From Vicinamibacteria bacterium (GTDB taxonomy: Bacteria > Acidobacteriota > Vicinamibacteria > Marinacidobacterales > Marinacidobacteraceae), in NCBI GenBank assembly GCA_964291235.2, contig OZ219815.1, forward strand, positions 448,001 through 512,000: a stretch of DNA of 64,000 nt, read 5' to 3'. Under the pieces are notes generated by a model that saw only the letters and a program-made list of their open reading frames with translations, did not search any database and was not told where the DNA came from. Shown in pieces: positions 45,660 to 54,499 of this stretch. How positions within the stretch are numbered: the first letter of the stretch is position 1; the number at the start of each line of letters is the position of its first letter. A program made the translations under genes and the position numbers.

Positions 45660-47680
45660 CTCCACAGGGTGAGGGCCCCGGCCAGCAGGACCACGGCGAA
45701 CAGCATGAGAAGGGCGTAGTTCTGGAAGAGCCCCGTCTGGAGCCGCCGGAACCGCGTGGAGGCGGCCGACAGAATCTCGCCGACCAGGTTCACGGCCCGG
45801 TCCACGAGGTTCTGGTCACTCAGATCGGAAAGGTCGCCCGAGAGCCGGGTGAGCGACGCGGAGCCGTTCACGGCGCCGTCCACAACGCGCTGATCGAAGC
45901 GGTAGAGGCCCTCTCCACCACGCAACGTCCCGTTGACCGCGGTCGCGTCGTAGGCCTCGTCCACGTAGTACTTGTTCAGCAGCGTCTGATAGACGCGGCT
46001 GCCGGCGAGCGAAGCGTCGCGGGTCGGTCCCTTCCAGTAGCGCCGGTAGGCGAACCAGATGCCGGCGAGCGCCAGCGCCACCGAAACGCCCATGAGGGCG
46101 TACTCCACGGCGTAGGACGCGTGGTGTATCGGGGCCGGGCCGTGGCCGCCGGCATAGATGGCGGGCTCGAGGAAGTGCTCGATGCGGTTCGCGCCGCCGA
46201 GCGCCGCGGGAACCCCGACGAAGCCGGCGAGGATCGATCCGCCCGCGAGGAGGATCAGCGGAACGGTCATCGAGGGGACCGACTCGTGCAGGTGCTTCTC
46301 CATCGCCGCGCCGCCGCGGAAGTCGCCCCAGAAGGTCATGATGACCTGCCGGCTCATGTAGAAGGCCGTCATCGCCGCGGCCGCCGCCCCAAGCGCCCAG
46401 AGCACGGTGTGGCCGTGGTCAAACGTCTTCCAGAGGATCTCGTCCTTGCTGAAGAACCCGGCGAGGGGCGGGATGCCCGCGATCGCGACGGTGGCGATCA
46501 TGAAGGTCCAGGCGGTCCGGGGCATGACCCGCACGAGGCCGCCCATGTTCCGCATGTCCTGCATCTCGGTGTAGTGGCGATGCCCGCCGGAGGCATGCTC
46601 GGCGTGCTCCATCGAGTGGATCACGCTGCCGGAACCGAGGAAGAGGCACGCCTTGAAGAAGGCGTGGGTCATCAGGTGGAAGATCGCCGCGGCGAACGCT
46701 CCGACGCCGGCGCCCAGGAACATGTAGCCGAGCTGGGAGACGGTGGAGTAGGCAAGAACCTTCTTGATGTCGGTCTGGAAGAGCGCGATGGAGGCCGCAA
46801 AGATTGCCGTCAGCGCTCCCACCGTCGCGACCAGCGCCATCGCCGCCGGAGCGTGCGAGAAGAGGACGCCGCTGCGGGCCACCATGTAGACGCCCGCGGT
46901 CACCATGGTCGCCGCGTGGATGAGGGCGGAGACCGGAGTCGGGCCTTCCATGGCGTCCGGCAGCCAGACGTAGAGCGGGATCTGGGCGGACTTGCCGGCG
47001 GCGCCCACGAAGAGCAGGACCCCGATCGCCGTGAGAACCCCGCCGTGCATCTCGGCGGCCGAGATCTGTCCCATCACGCCGTAGAAATCGAGGGTCCCGA
47101 ACGTCACGAAGGTCAAGAACACCGCCATGATGAATCCGGCATCCCCGATCCGGTTCACGATGAACGCCTTCTTCCCCGCGGCAGCCGCCGCCGGCCGCTC
47201 GAACCAGAAGCCGATCAGCAGGTAGGAGCAGAGCCCGACCCCCTCCCACCCGATGAACAGGAGCAGCATGTTCGCGCCCAGCACCAGGTTCAGCATGAAG
47301 AAGGTGAACAGGTTCAGGTAGGCGAAGAACCGGCTGAATCCCGCGTCGTGGCTCATGTAGCCGAGCGAGTAGATGTGGATCAGCAGGCCGATCCCAGTGA
47401 CCACCAGGGTCATGAGCATCGAGAGCGAATCGAGCCGGTACGCCCAGTCCACCCCCATGCTGGGGATCCAGGAGAAGAGGGATTGCTCGACCCTGGCGGA
47501 CGCCCCGCCCTCGGCGAGGAAGACAGTGAAGAAGAAGCCGAGCGCGATCAGGAAGGAGGCCGCGACCGACCCACAGGCGAGCAGGCCGCTCAGCCGCTTC
47601 CCGAGGCGTTTTCCGAAGAGGCCGTTGATGGCCGCACCCAACCCGGGAATAACCGGGATGAGCCAAAGCAGGGAGTTCAA
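45656..47680 (-). CDS. nuoL: NADH-quinone oxidoreductase subunit L
   Basis: GWEGVGLCSYLLIGFW, NRIGD, GKSAQIPLYVWLPDAMEGPTPVSALIHAATMV, HAFFKA, FFSKD. Confidence 0.95.
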   Translation of the reverse strand: MNSLLWLIPVIPGLGAAINGLFGKRLGKRLSGLLACGSVAASFLIALGFFFTVFLAEGGASARVEQSLFSWIPSMGVDWAYRLDSLSMLMTLVVTGIGLLIHIYSLGYMSHDAGFSRFFAYLNLFTFFMLNLVLGANMLLLFIGWEGVGLCSYLLIGFWFERPAAAAAGKKAFIVNRIGDAGFIMAVFLTFVTFGTLDFYGVMGQISAAEMHGGVLTAIGVLLFVGAAGKSAQIPLYVWLPDAMEGPTPVSALIHAATMVTAGVYMVARSGVLFSHAPAAMALVATVGALTAIFAASIALFQTDIKKVLAYSTVSQLGYMFLGAGVGAFAAAIFHLMTHAFFKACLFLGSGSVIHSMEHAEHASGGHRHYTEMQDMRNMGGLVRVMPRTAWTFMIATVAIAGIPPLAGFFSKDEILWKTFDHGHTVLWALGAAAAAMTAFYMSRQVIMTFWGDFRGGAAMEKHLHESVPSMTVPLILLAGGSILAGFVGVPAALGGANRIEHFLEPAIYAGGHGPAPIHHASYAVEYALMGVSVALALAGIWFAYRRYWKGPTRDASLAGSRVYQTLLNKYYVDEAYDATAVNGTLRGGEGLYRFDQRVVDGAVNGSASLTRLSGDLSDLSDQNLVDRAVNLVGEILSAASTRFRRLQTGLFQNYALLMLFAVVLLAGALTLWS

Positions 47681-47845
47681 GGCAGCGTACTAAGCACTCC
47701 TGAGGTACGGGAACGGACGGCGCGCGGAAGGTACCGGATCGGCGGCTTTAGGTCAACGTTTCCGAAGGCTCCGCGCAGCCGTCCGGCGAGTGGCACCGGA
47801 GAGGAAGCGCCGGCGTCCAGGGACCTGCCCGCAGCCCCGGCGAAG

Positions 47846-48637
47846 TCAGGTGACGCTCTTGATGTGGCCGCCGTCCACCGCGAGCACGGTTCCCGTGATG
47901 TAGCTGGCGCGCTCGGAGGCGAGGAAGGCGGCGGCAGCCCCGAATTCCTCGGGCTCCCCCACCCTTCCCAGCGGGATGTCCGCGGACCATTCGGCGTACA
48001 CCTCCTTGACCGAGCAGCCGCGGGTCCCCGCAATGTGGTCCGCGAGTTCGACGAGCCGCGCGGTCCGCGTGTATCCGGGGCAGAGCACGTTGGCGAGCAC
48101 CCCGTGGGGCGCCGCCTCGTTTGCCAGCGACTTCATGAACCCGGCGATCCCGGACCTCGCGGTATTCGACAGGATGATGTCCGGCACCGGCTGCTTCACG
48201 GAGACCGAGGCGATGGCGATGATCCGGCCCCAGCGGCGCGAGATCATCCCGGGCAGCGCCGCGCGCACGAGGTTCACGCACGAGAGCAGGTTCTGTTCGA
48301 GCGCTTCCCGCCACTGCTCGGACGTCGTGTCCTTGAGGCGGGTCGGGGGCGGGCCGCCGGCGTTGGTCACCAGGATGTCCAGCTGTCCGAACCGGCTCTC
48401 CGCGGCCCGGATGAACCCGAACGCGGCGTCCGGATCCCCGACGTCAACCTCGTGAGTGAGGACTTCCACGCCGTGCCGGGCGCGGATTTCACCTGCGGTC
48501 CGCTCAAGCGCCTCGCGGCCCCTCGCTCCGATCGCGACGTTCACGCCCTCGGCGGCCAGCGCCTCGGCCACCGCGCGCCCGAGCCCCTGACTGCCCGCGG
48601 CGACGACCGCGGCGCGCCCGGCGATACCGAGGTCCAT
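47846..48637 (-). CDS. SDR family oxidoreductase
   Basis: AAGSQGLG, DILVTNAGGPP, NVLCPG, ASYITG...VDGG. Confidence 0.9.
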   Translation of the reverse strand: MDLGIAGRAAVVAAGSQGLGRAVAEALAAEGVNVAIGARGREALERTAGEIRARHGVEVLTHEVDVGDPDAAFGFIRAAESRFGQLDILVTNAGGPPPTRLKDTTSEQWREALEQNLLSCVNLVRAALPGMISRRWGRIIAIASVSVKQPVPDIILSNTARSGIAGFMKSLANEAAPHGVLANVLCPGYTRTARLVELADHIAGTRGCSVKEVYAEWSADIPLGRVGEPEEFGAAAAFLASERASYITGTVLAVDGGHIKSVT

Positions 48638-48666
48638 CCGGGAGCCGGCTTGCGATTAGCCGAGCG

Positions 48667-48999
48667 TCAGGAGTACTGCCGTTCCTTGCAGGGAACGCAG
48701 ACGCGCGTCCAGGGTACGGCTTCCAGCCGCAGGCGCGGAATCTCCTCCTCGCAGTCCGAACAGATGCCGAAGTCACCAGCCTCGATCCGGGCGAGCGCCT
48801 TGTCGATCGCGCGAAGCAGCTTCGCGTCGTTCTGCTGAAGCTGGATCACGATCTCATCGTCGTTCGCCACCATGGACCGGTCCCCGTCATCTCCGTGCGG
48901 CGGGGTCCGCGAGAAAGCGCGGGTGTGCACGAGCTTTTCGATTTCCGCCTTCTTGGCGAGAAGATTCGCTTCGTGCAGTTGCAGTTCTTCAGGTGTCAT
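48667..48999 (-). CDS. TraR/DksA C4-type zinc-finger protein
   Basis: IDKALARI..G.FGICSDC...RLEAVPW...CVPC; DDGD acidic tip. Confidence 0.9.
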   Translation of the reverse strand: MTPEELQLHEANLLAKKAEIEKLVHTRAFSRTPPHGDDGDRSMVANDDEIVIQLQQNDAKLLRAIDKALARIEAGDFGICSDCEEEIPRLRLEAVPWTRVCVPCKERQYS

Positions 49000-49059
49000 T
49001 TTCGGAGTCCGCCCACTGTTTTCATGCCGCCTGCGACGCGGTGGAATTGATCAAGCATA

Positions 49060-49602
49060 TCAATTGTCACGTTTCCCGGGAGGGCGATGGACCGTGTCTC
49101 CGGAGAGCAACTGGAGGGCGTGGGGGATGGTGGGGGCCAGCGTCCGGAGCCCGCTCTCGACGGCGCGTGGACTCCCCGGCAGCACGATCACCAGGGTGGC
49201 GCCGATGCTTCCGGCAAGGCTCCGGGAGAGCACCGCCATGGGCGTGTCGCGAAGCCCCTCGGAGCGCAGGAGTTCACCGTAGCCCGGCAGTTCGCGATCG
49301 AGCAGGGGCGCGACCGCCTCGGGCGTGCGGTCCCGGGGGCCGAGGCCGGTTCCGCCCGTGGTCAGCACCAGCCGGATGCCGGCGTCCGCCCAGGCCCGGA
49401 CCCGTTCCCGGATGGCTTCCACCTCATCGGGAACGATCGCCGCATCGGCAATCCGAAACCCGCGACTCTCCAGGAAGTCGCGGGCAAGGGTTCCGGACCG
49501 GTCCGGCACCACCCCGGCGGCGCATCCGTCGCTCGCGGTGAGGACCGCGGCGGTCAGGGTTGGCGAGGCGGCGTCCGCGGCCGCCCGGGATGGAGTGGAC
49601 AC
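49060..49602 (-). CDS. MogA/MoaB family molybdopterin adenylyltransferase (start approximate)
   Basis: LTASD, DRSG, VPDE, TTGGTGLGPRDRTPEA, LSRS, LPGSP. Confidence 0.9.
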   Translation of the reverse strand: MSTPSRAAADAASPTLTAAVLTASDGCAAGVVPDRSGTLARDFLESRGFRIADAAIVPDEVEAIRERVRAWADAGIRLVLTTGGTGLGPRDRTPEAVAPLLDRELPGYGELLRSEGLRDTPMAVLSRSLAGSIGATLVIVLPGSPRAVESGLRTLAPTIPHALQLLSGDTVHRPPGKRDN

Positions 49603-49696
49603 CGCCACGTCACCGACGGGGTTCCGGGAGGCGGGGCAAAGCGGGAGCGGACACGGAGAGCGGCGCGGGAATTGCGTCAGAATAGCGATTCGCCCC

Positions 49697-50641
49697 ATGG
49701 AAACCCGCGCTCGACGCTTCCTTCGGGGGTGGCGGGGAGCCGTCGCCGCCGGAACCCTCGCCCTGGGCCTGTGCGGGCTGGCCGCCGCCGCGGGCCCCGT
49801 TTTGCAGCAGAACTACCAGTTCCGGGTGACGGTGGACCTGATCTCGCTCAACGTCACGGTCACGGACGCTCGGGAGCGGTTCATCACCGATCTCATCGAA
49901 GAGGACTTTTCGGTTTACGAGGACGGCATCCTGCAGGAGATCGAGGCTTTTTCCCGAGAGGACCTGCCCATCCGCATGGTGCTGCTGCTCGACACCTCCG
50001 CCAGCATGGTGGACAAGATGAATTTCGCTCAGGAGGCGGCGGTCCGATTCACCAAGACCCTGCGGATCGAGGACGTGGCGCAGGTGGTCGAGTTCGGCAG
50101 CAACGCCAACATCCTGCAGAAGTTCACGAGCGACCACGGCGAACTCGAAGGGGCCATCCGGATGACCCAGGCGGGCGGAACCACGAAGCTCCACAACGCC
50201 ATGTACATCTCGCTGCGCTCGCTCGAGCGCCAGCGCATGGAGGCCCGCCGACAGGCCATCATCCTCCTCTCGGACGGCCGGGACACCAGCTCGCTCGTCA
50301 CCTTCGAGCAGGTCCTCGACCTGACCAAGGACACCGATGTCGTCATCTACTCCATCTCGCTCCAGAACACCGCGCGCCGCCGCGGGCGGCGCTTCTCGGA
50401 GGCGGAACACGTCCTCAAGAACCTCGCGGAGGAGACCGGTGGCCAATGGTTTTTTCCCAGTGAGCTGGCGGAACTGGAATCGGTGTACGACCGGATCGCC
50501 GAGGAGTTGAAAAGTCAGTACAACGTTGGCTATATCTCCAACAATCCGCGGCAGGACGGCGCCTGGCGGCGTATCGTGGTGCAGACCGCCCGGCCCGACC
50601 TCCGGGTCCGGACCAAACTCGGCTACTACGCGCCGGGTTAG
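49697..50641 (+). CDS. Exported VWA-domain protein (Acidobacteria-type)
   Basis: Signal peptide; DFSVYEDG..Q, MIDAS DTSAS, GGT, LLSDG.DT.S, LAEETGG, QYNVGY. Confidence 0.88.
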   Translation: METRARRFLRGWRGAVAAGTLALGLCGLAAAAGPVLQQNYQFRVTVDLISLNVTVTDARERFITDLIEEDFSVYEDGILQEIEAFSREDLPIRMVLLLDTSASMVDKMNFAQEAAVRFTKTLRIEDVAQVVEFGSNANILQKFTSDHGELEGAIRMTQAGGTTKLHNAMYISLRSLERQRMEARRQAIILLSDGRDTSSLVTFEQVLDLTKDTDVVIYSISLQNTARRRGRRFSEAEHVLKNLAEETGGQWFFPSELAELESVYDRIAEELKSQYNVGYISNNPRQDGAWRRIVVQTARPDLRVRTKLGYYAPG

Positions 50642-50722
50642 CAGCCGGTGGCAAGACCCACGCGGCCCAGGTCTCCCGGTGAGGGCCTCGGCGCCCACGT
50701 GAGTTTCACGACAGGCGGTTAG
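50638..50722. mobile_element. MITE-like element copy 3 (degenerate, internally shortened)
   Basis: TTAG-CAGCCGGTGGCAAGACCCACGCGG...CTCGGCGCCCACGTGAGTTTCACGACAGGCGG-TTAG aligns with both ends of copy 1. Confidence 0.65.
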
Positions 50723-50735
50723 CGCCGGTGCTCAC

Positions 50736-51854
50736 GTGGAGGTAGAGCCGGGCCTGCGTCCTGCCGCCTGCCGGAGCGCCCACACGGCGGGACGGCGCTG
50801 GCCGGAAGCGTCCGAGTCGTTTCGGACCGCCTATCAACGCGACCGGGACCGGGTCATCCATTCGAGCGCCTTCCGCCGGCTTCAGTACAAAACGCAGGTC
50901 TTCATCAACCACGAGGGCGACCACTACCGGACGCGGCTCACGCACACGCTCGAGGTCGCGCAGATCGCGCGGACCATCGCCCGGGTGCTGCGCCTCAACG
51001 AGGATCTCACCGAGGCGGTAGCGCTCGCCCACGACCTCGGGCATACCCCCTTCGGTCATGCCGGAGAGGAGGTTCTGGACGAACTCATGCGGGACCACGG
51101 GGGGTTCGAGCACAACATCCAGTCCTTCCGCATCGTGGACGCACTCGAGCGCGCCTACCCGGACTTTCCGGGCCTCAACCTGACCCTCGAATCGCGGCAC
51201 GGAATCTTCGCCCACTCGAGCCGGACCGGATGGGTGCCGGAACCGCTTCGGAACCTGGGTCGGCCGCCCCTCGAGGCACAGGTTGCCGACATCGCCGACG
51301 AGATCGCCTACAGCGCCCACGACATGGAGGACGGCCTCTCCTCCGGGCTCATCGGAGTTTCCGACCTGGAGGACGCGGCGCTTGTCCGCAGACATTGGCC
51401 GGGGTCTTTCGAAACCGGGCAGCACTACGGGCGAGTGAACGTGCGGACCCTGCTTCGGGGAGTCATCGCCGACCTTGTGGTGGCGCTCGTGGACGAAACC
51501 GAGCGGCGGATTCGGGAATCCGGAATTGAAGAACCGGGTGGGACGGGCCGGGAGGGTTCCAGCCCGGGATCACCGCTCGTCGCCCTCTCCGCGCCCCGGG
51601 ACGCCGAACTCCGCCAACTCAAGACCGTCCTCCACGAGCGTCTCTACCGCCATCCGCGGGTCGCGGCCACGACGAAGGCGGAGACACGGCGGCTACCGGA
51701 CCTTTTTCGCTACTACCTGGAGACGCCGGAGGACCTGCCGGCCCACTTCCAGGTGCGGATCGGCCCCGCTTCCCGGGAGCGGGTGGTCTGCGACTATATC
51801 GCCGGCATGACCGACCGCTTCGCCAGCCGGGACCACCAGCGGCGCTACGGCTGA
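50736..51854 (+). CDS. dgt: Deoxyguanosinetriphosphate triphosphohydrolase (dGTPase, HD family)
   Basis: RDRDRVIHSSAFRRLQYKTQV, RTRLTH, HDLGHTPFGHAGE, ADEIAYSAHD, DYIAGMTDRFA. Confidence 0.93.
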   Translation: MEVEPGLRPAACRSAHTAGRRWPEASESFRTAYQRDRDRVIHSSAFRRLQYKTQVFINHEGDHYRTRLTHTLEVAQIARTIARVLRLNEDLTEAVALAHDLGHTPFGHAGEEVLDELMRDHGGFEHNIQSFRIVDALERAYPDFPGLNLTLESRHGIFAHSSRTGWVPEPLRNLGRPPLEAQVADIADEIAYSAHDMEDGLSSGLIGVSDLEDAALVRRHWPGSFETGQHYGRVNVRTLLRGVIADLVVALVDETERRIRESGIEEPGGTGREGSSPGSPLVALSAPRDAELRQLKTVLHERLYRHPRVAATTKAETRRLPDLFRYYLETPEDLPAHFQVRIGPASRERVVCDYIAGMTDRFASRDHQRRYG

Positions 51855-51890
51855 GTCGCGCCCCTGGCGGCGCGGATCAGGCGGGATGGT

Positions 51891-52538
51891 TCAGGGCTGG
51901 CGCTCGGAAGGAGTTTCCGGCTCCGGTTCTTCCCCGTCCTCGGTCTCCGGCCCCGGCGCAACCCCGTAGATCGGTTCGTCCTCGATGGGTTCGAGGTATT
52001 TCTCGACACCCGGCGGCCCGAGGCGCCGAAGCGCGACGGTCGAGCCTTGAGAAACCCACGAGGACGCGCCCACCCGGACGAACATCTCGACCTCGACGTC
52101 TTCCCAAAGTTCGTTCTCGAACATGCGGTCGGGAGAGCCCTGGGAGAGGTAGTTGGAGTCCGCGCGCAGCGTGTGCTCGTCGGTTGCTTCCCCCGGGCCT
52201 AGCGGTCCTTCGGAGACCGAGTGCAGATATCCCGTTCCCCACGCCTCTTCCGGCGCCGACTCCCGGCGGAAAACCGACATCACCTGGACGTACTCCACCG
52301 GCTCGGGCGTCGTGTTCTGGACCCGGAAACGCACGGCGGGCCGGATGTAGTTGTTGCCCTCGGAGTCACGGCCGCGAACGGCCCAATAGGCAACCAGCTC
52401 AGGCAGTTCCATCGCCGACGCGGTCGCGTTGTCCTCCGCGTTAACGCAACCGGAAGCCCCGATCGAGGCCGCGAGTACCGCGGACGCGGCAAAGACAAGC
52501 CCAACACGGGACGGGAGGAACAAACGGCGAAAACGCAT
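51891..52538 (-). CDS. Hypothetical lipoprotein
   Basis: Basic N-terminus, hydrophobic stretch and ASGC lipobox; beta-rich body, acidic tail. Confidence 0.6.
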   Translation of the reverse strand: MRFRRLFLPSRVGLVFAASAVLAASIGASGCVNAEDNATASAMELPELVAYWAVRGRDSEGNNYIRPAVRFRVQNTTPEPVEYVQVMSVFRRESAPEEAWGTGYLHSVSEGPLGPGEATDEHTLRADSNYLSQGSPDRMFENELWEDVEVEMFVRVGASSWVSQGSTVALRRLGPPGVEKYLEPIEDEPIYGVAPGPETEDGEEPEPETPSERQP

Positions 52539-52664
52539 GGGAAGGCCGGGACCGGGAGCGCCGACCGCCAGTATAGACTGCCGGACCGGCCGCGCCCTGC
52601 CGACCCGGCGGCCGGAGTCCCGCGAGCACGGAGCGCCATCGAGATCCCCTCCCTCCAGACAGCC

Positions 52665-53732
52665 GTGGCAGTGGAACCCCTGGTCCTGGTGGACCGCGTC
52701 TCCAAGCGCTACGGAAGGACGCTGGCGGTAGCAGATCTCAGCTTCGGCGTCGCGAAAGGTGAGGTCCTCGGTTTCCTGGGGCCGAACGGCGCCGGGAAAA
52801 CGACGACCATGCGGGTCATTACCGGTTTCATGCCGCCCACCGAGGGACGGGTGCTGGTCGGCGGACTGGACATCGCGGAGGCTCCTCTCGACGTCCGGCG
52901 GCGGATCGGGTACCTGCCCGAGAACCCGCCGCTCTACCCCGAAATGGAGGTCACCGCCTTCCTGAAGTTCGTGGCCCGGCTCCGCGGAGTGCCGGGCCCC
53001 GGGATCGCGAAAGCGGTGGACCGGGCCATCGAACGCTGCGCGCTCGGAGAGGCTCGGGAACGCATCATCGGGAAGCTGAGCCGCGGATTCCGCCAACGGG
53101 TGGGCCTTGCTCAGGCGCTCGTTCACGAACCCGAACTGCTGGTCCTCGACGAACCGACGGCCGGCCTCGACCCCAAGCAGATCCACGAGACCCGCGATCT
53201 CATCCGCGCGCTCGCGGGTGAGCGCACCGTCGTGCTCTCGACGCACATCCTCCCCGAGGTCGCCGTCACCTGCGACCGGGTCGTCATCATCGCCGGGGGA
53301 CGGCTTCGCGCCGAAGACACTCCTGACCGGCTGGTCGCACGGCTGGGCGCCGCGCGGCGCGGCCGCGGAACCTGGGAAATCGAGACGGCGGCGCCGGCGG
53401 ACGCGGCTGCCGCGGCCCTCGGATCCGTTCCGGGCGTCGCCCGGGTGGAAGCCGGGCCCGAGACCGCGGAGCGGACATCGCTGCTGCAGGTCGAAGCGGC
53501 CGGCGGCCGGGAGGTCCCCAGCGAGTTGGCGCGGGCTCTCCTCCAAGCGGGTTGCCCGCTCTACGGTCTGCGCCGGGGCGGCGCGAGCCTTGAAGAGGTC
53601 TTCCTGGCGCTCACCACCGAGGAGGCGGAGCCGGGAGGCCTCGGAGCGCCGGACTCCAGGCCGGCATCGCGGCCGCAGGCCGCGAAACTCCCAGACAGAA
53701 CCCCCGTCCCGATTCCCTCGGAAGACTCATGA
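52665..53732 (+). CDS. ABC transporter ATP-binding protein (GldA-like)
   Basis: GPNGAGKTT, GYLPENPPLY, LSRGFRQR, LDEPT, STH, SLEEVFL. Confidence 0.92.
   Translation: MAVEPLVLVDRVSKRYGRTLAVADLSFGVAKGEVLGFLGPNGAGKTTTMRVITGFMPPTEGRVLVGGLDIAEAPLDVRRRIGYLPENPPLYPEMEVTAFLKFVARLRGVPGPGIAKAVDRAIERCALGEARERIIGKLSRGFRQRVGLAQALVHEPELLVLDEPTAGLDPKQIHETRDLIRALAGERTVVLSTHILPEVAVTCDRVVIIAGGRLRAEDTPDRLVARLGAARRGRGTWEIETAAPADAAAAALGSVPGVARVEAGPETAERTSLLQVEAAGGREVPSELARALLQAGCPLYGLRRGGASLEEVFLALTTEEAEPGGLGAPDSRPASRPQAAKLPDRTPVPIPSEDS
53643..53696 (+). repeat. REP-like unit embedded in-frame in the ABC ATPase 3' end
   Basis: 52/54 identical to the reverse complement of intergenic 41933-41986. Confidence 0.85.
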
Positions 53733-54499
53733 GGAACGTTCTGACGATCGCCCGGCGCGAAGTAGGCGCCGCGCTGGCCTCGCCGGTGGCCTACGTCCTG
53801 TTCGGAGCGTTTGCGTTCCTCTACGGCTACTTCTTCGCCGATTACCTGCAAAGCTTCGTCGAAGCCGGTCTGCGGATGAGCCAGATGGGCGGCTTCAGCG
53901 GCGGCAACCTGAACGTGAACACCGACCTGATCCGCTGGCTCATGGCGAGCACCGCGATTCTGGTGCTGTTCCTGATGCCCCTGCTCTCCATGCGCACGGT
54001 GTCCGAGGAAATCCGGTCGGGAACGATGGAGTTGCTGCTCACCGCGCCGATCACCGACGGCCAGATCGTCGTCGGAAAGTTCCTGGCGGCGCTCGCCCTC
54101 TACGGCGGGATGCTCGCGCTCACCGGACTCCACCTGGGCGTCCTCTTCTGGTTTTCCCAGCCGGAAATCACGCCGGTGCTCGCCGCGTATCTCGGCCTCC
54201 TGCTTCTCGGCGCCGGGCTCCTGGCGCTCGGGCTTTTCTTTTCGAGCCTGACCCGGAACCAGATCGTGGCCGGACTCCTGACCTTCGGCACCCTTCTGGT
54301 CCTCTGGCTCGTGGAGTTCGCGGGAGCGCGCGGGGGCGAGTTGGGACGGGTCCTCGCCTACCTGTCGGTGACGGGACACATGGAGGGGTTCGCCCGCGGG
54401 GTGATCACCACGCGCGATCTCGTCTATTACCTGTCCTTCGCGGGGTTTTGGCTCTATCTCGCCCGGGAGTCGATCCGCTCCCGGAGGTGGCGCGGATGA
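53729..54499 (+). CDS. ABC-2 permease (GldF-like)
   Basis: IARRE...SPVAY, PLLSMR..SEE..SGTMELLLTAP, GKF, SSLTRNQIVA. Confidence 0.9.
   Translation: MRNVLTIARREVGAALASPVAYVLFGAFAFLYGYFFADYLQSFVEAGLRMSQMGGFSGGNLNVNTDLIRWLMASTAILVLFLMPLLSMRTVSEEIRSGTMELLLTAPITDGQIVVGKFLAALALYGGMLALTGLHLGVLFWFSQPEITPVLAAYLGLLLLGAGLLALGLFFSSLTRNQIVAGLLTFGTLLVLWLVEFAGARGGELGRVLAYLSVTGHMEGFARGVITTRDLVYYLSFAGFWLYLARESIRSRRWRG

Noticed and set aside
45599-48838. 1079-aa plus-strand ORF
   Set aside because: Antisense shadow of nuoL and the SDR gene; no motifs; expected from high-GC codon bias
50736-51854. Anti-phage dGTPase
   Set aside because: Looks like the ordinary short housekeeping dGTPase, with host-like GC and no defence context
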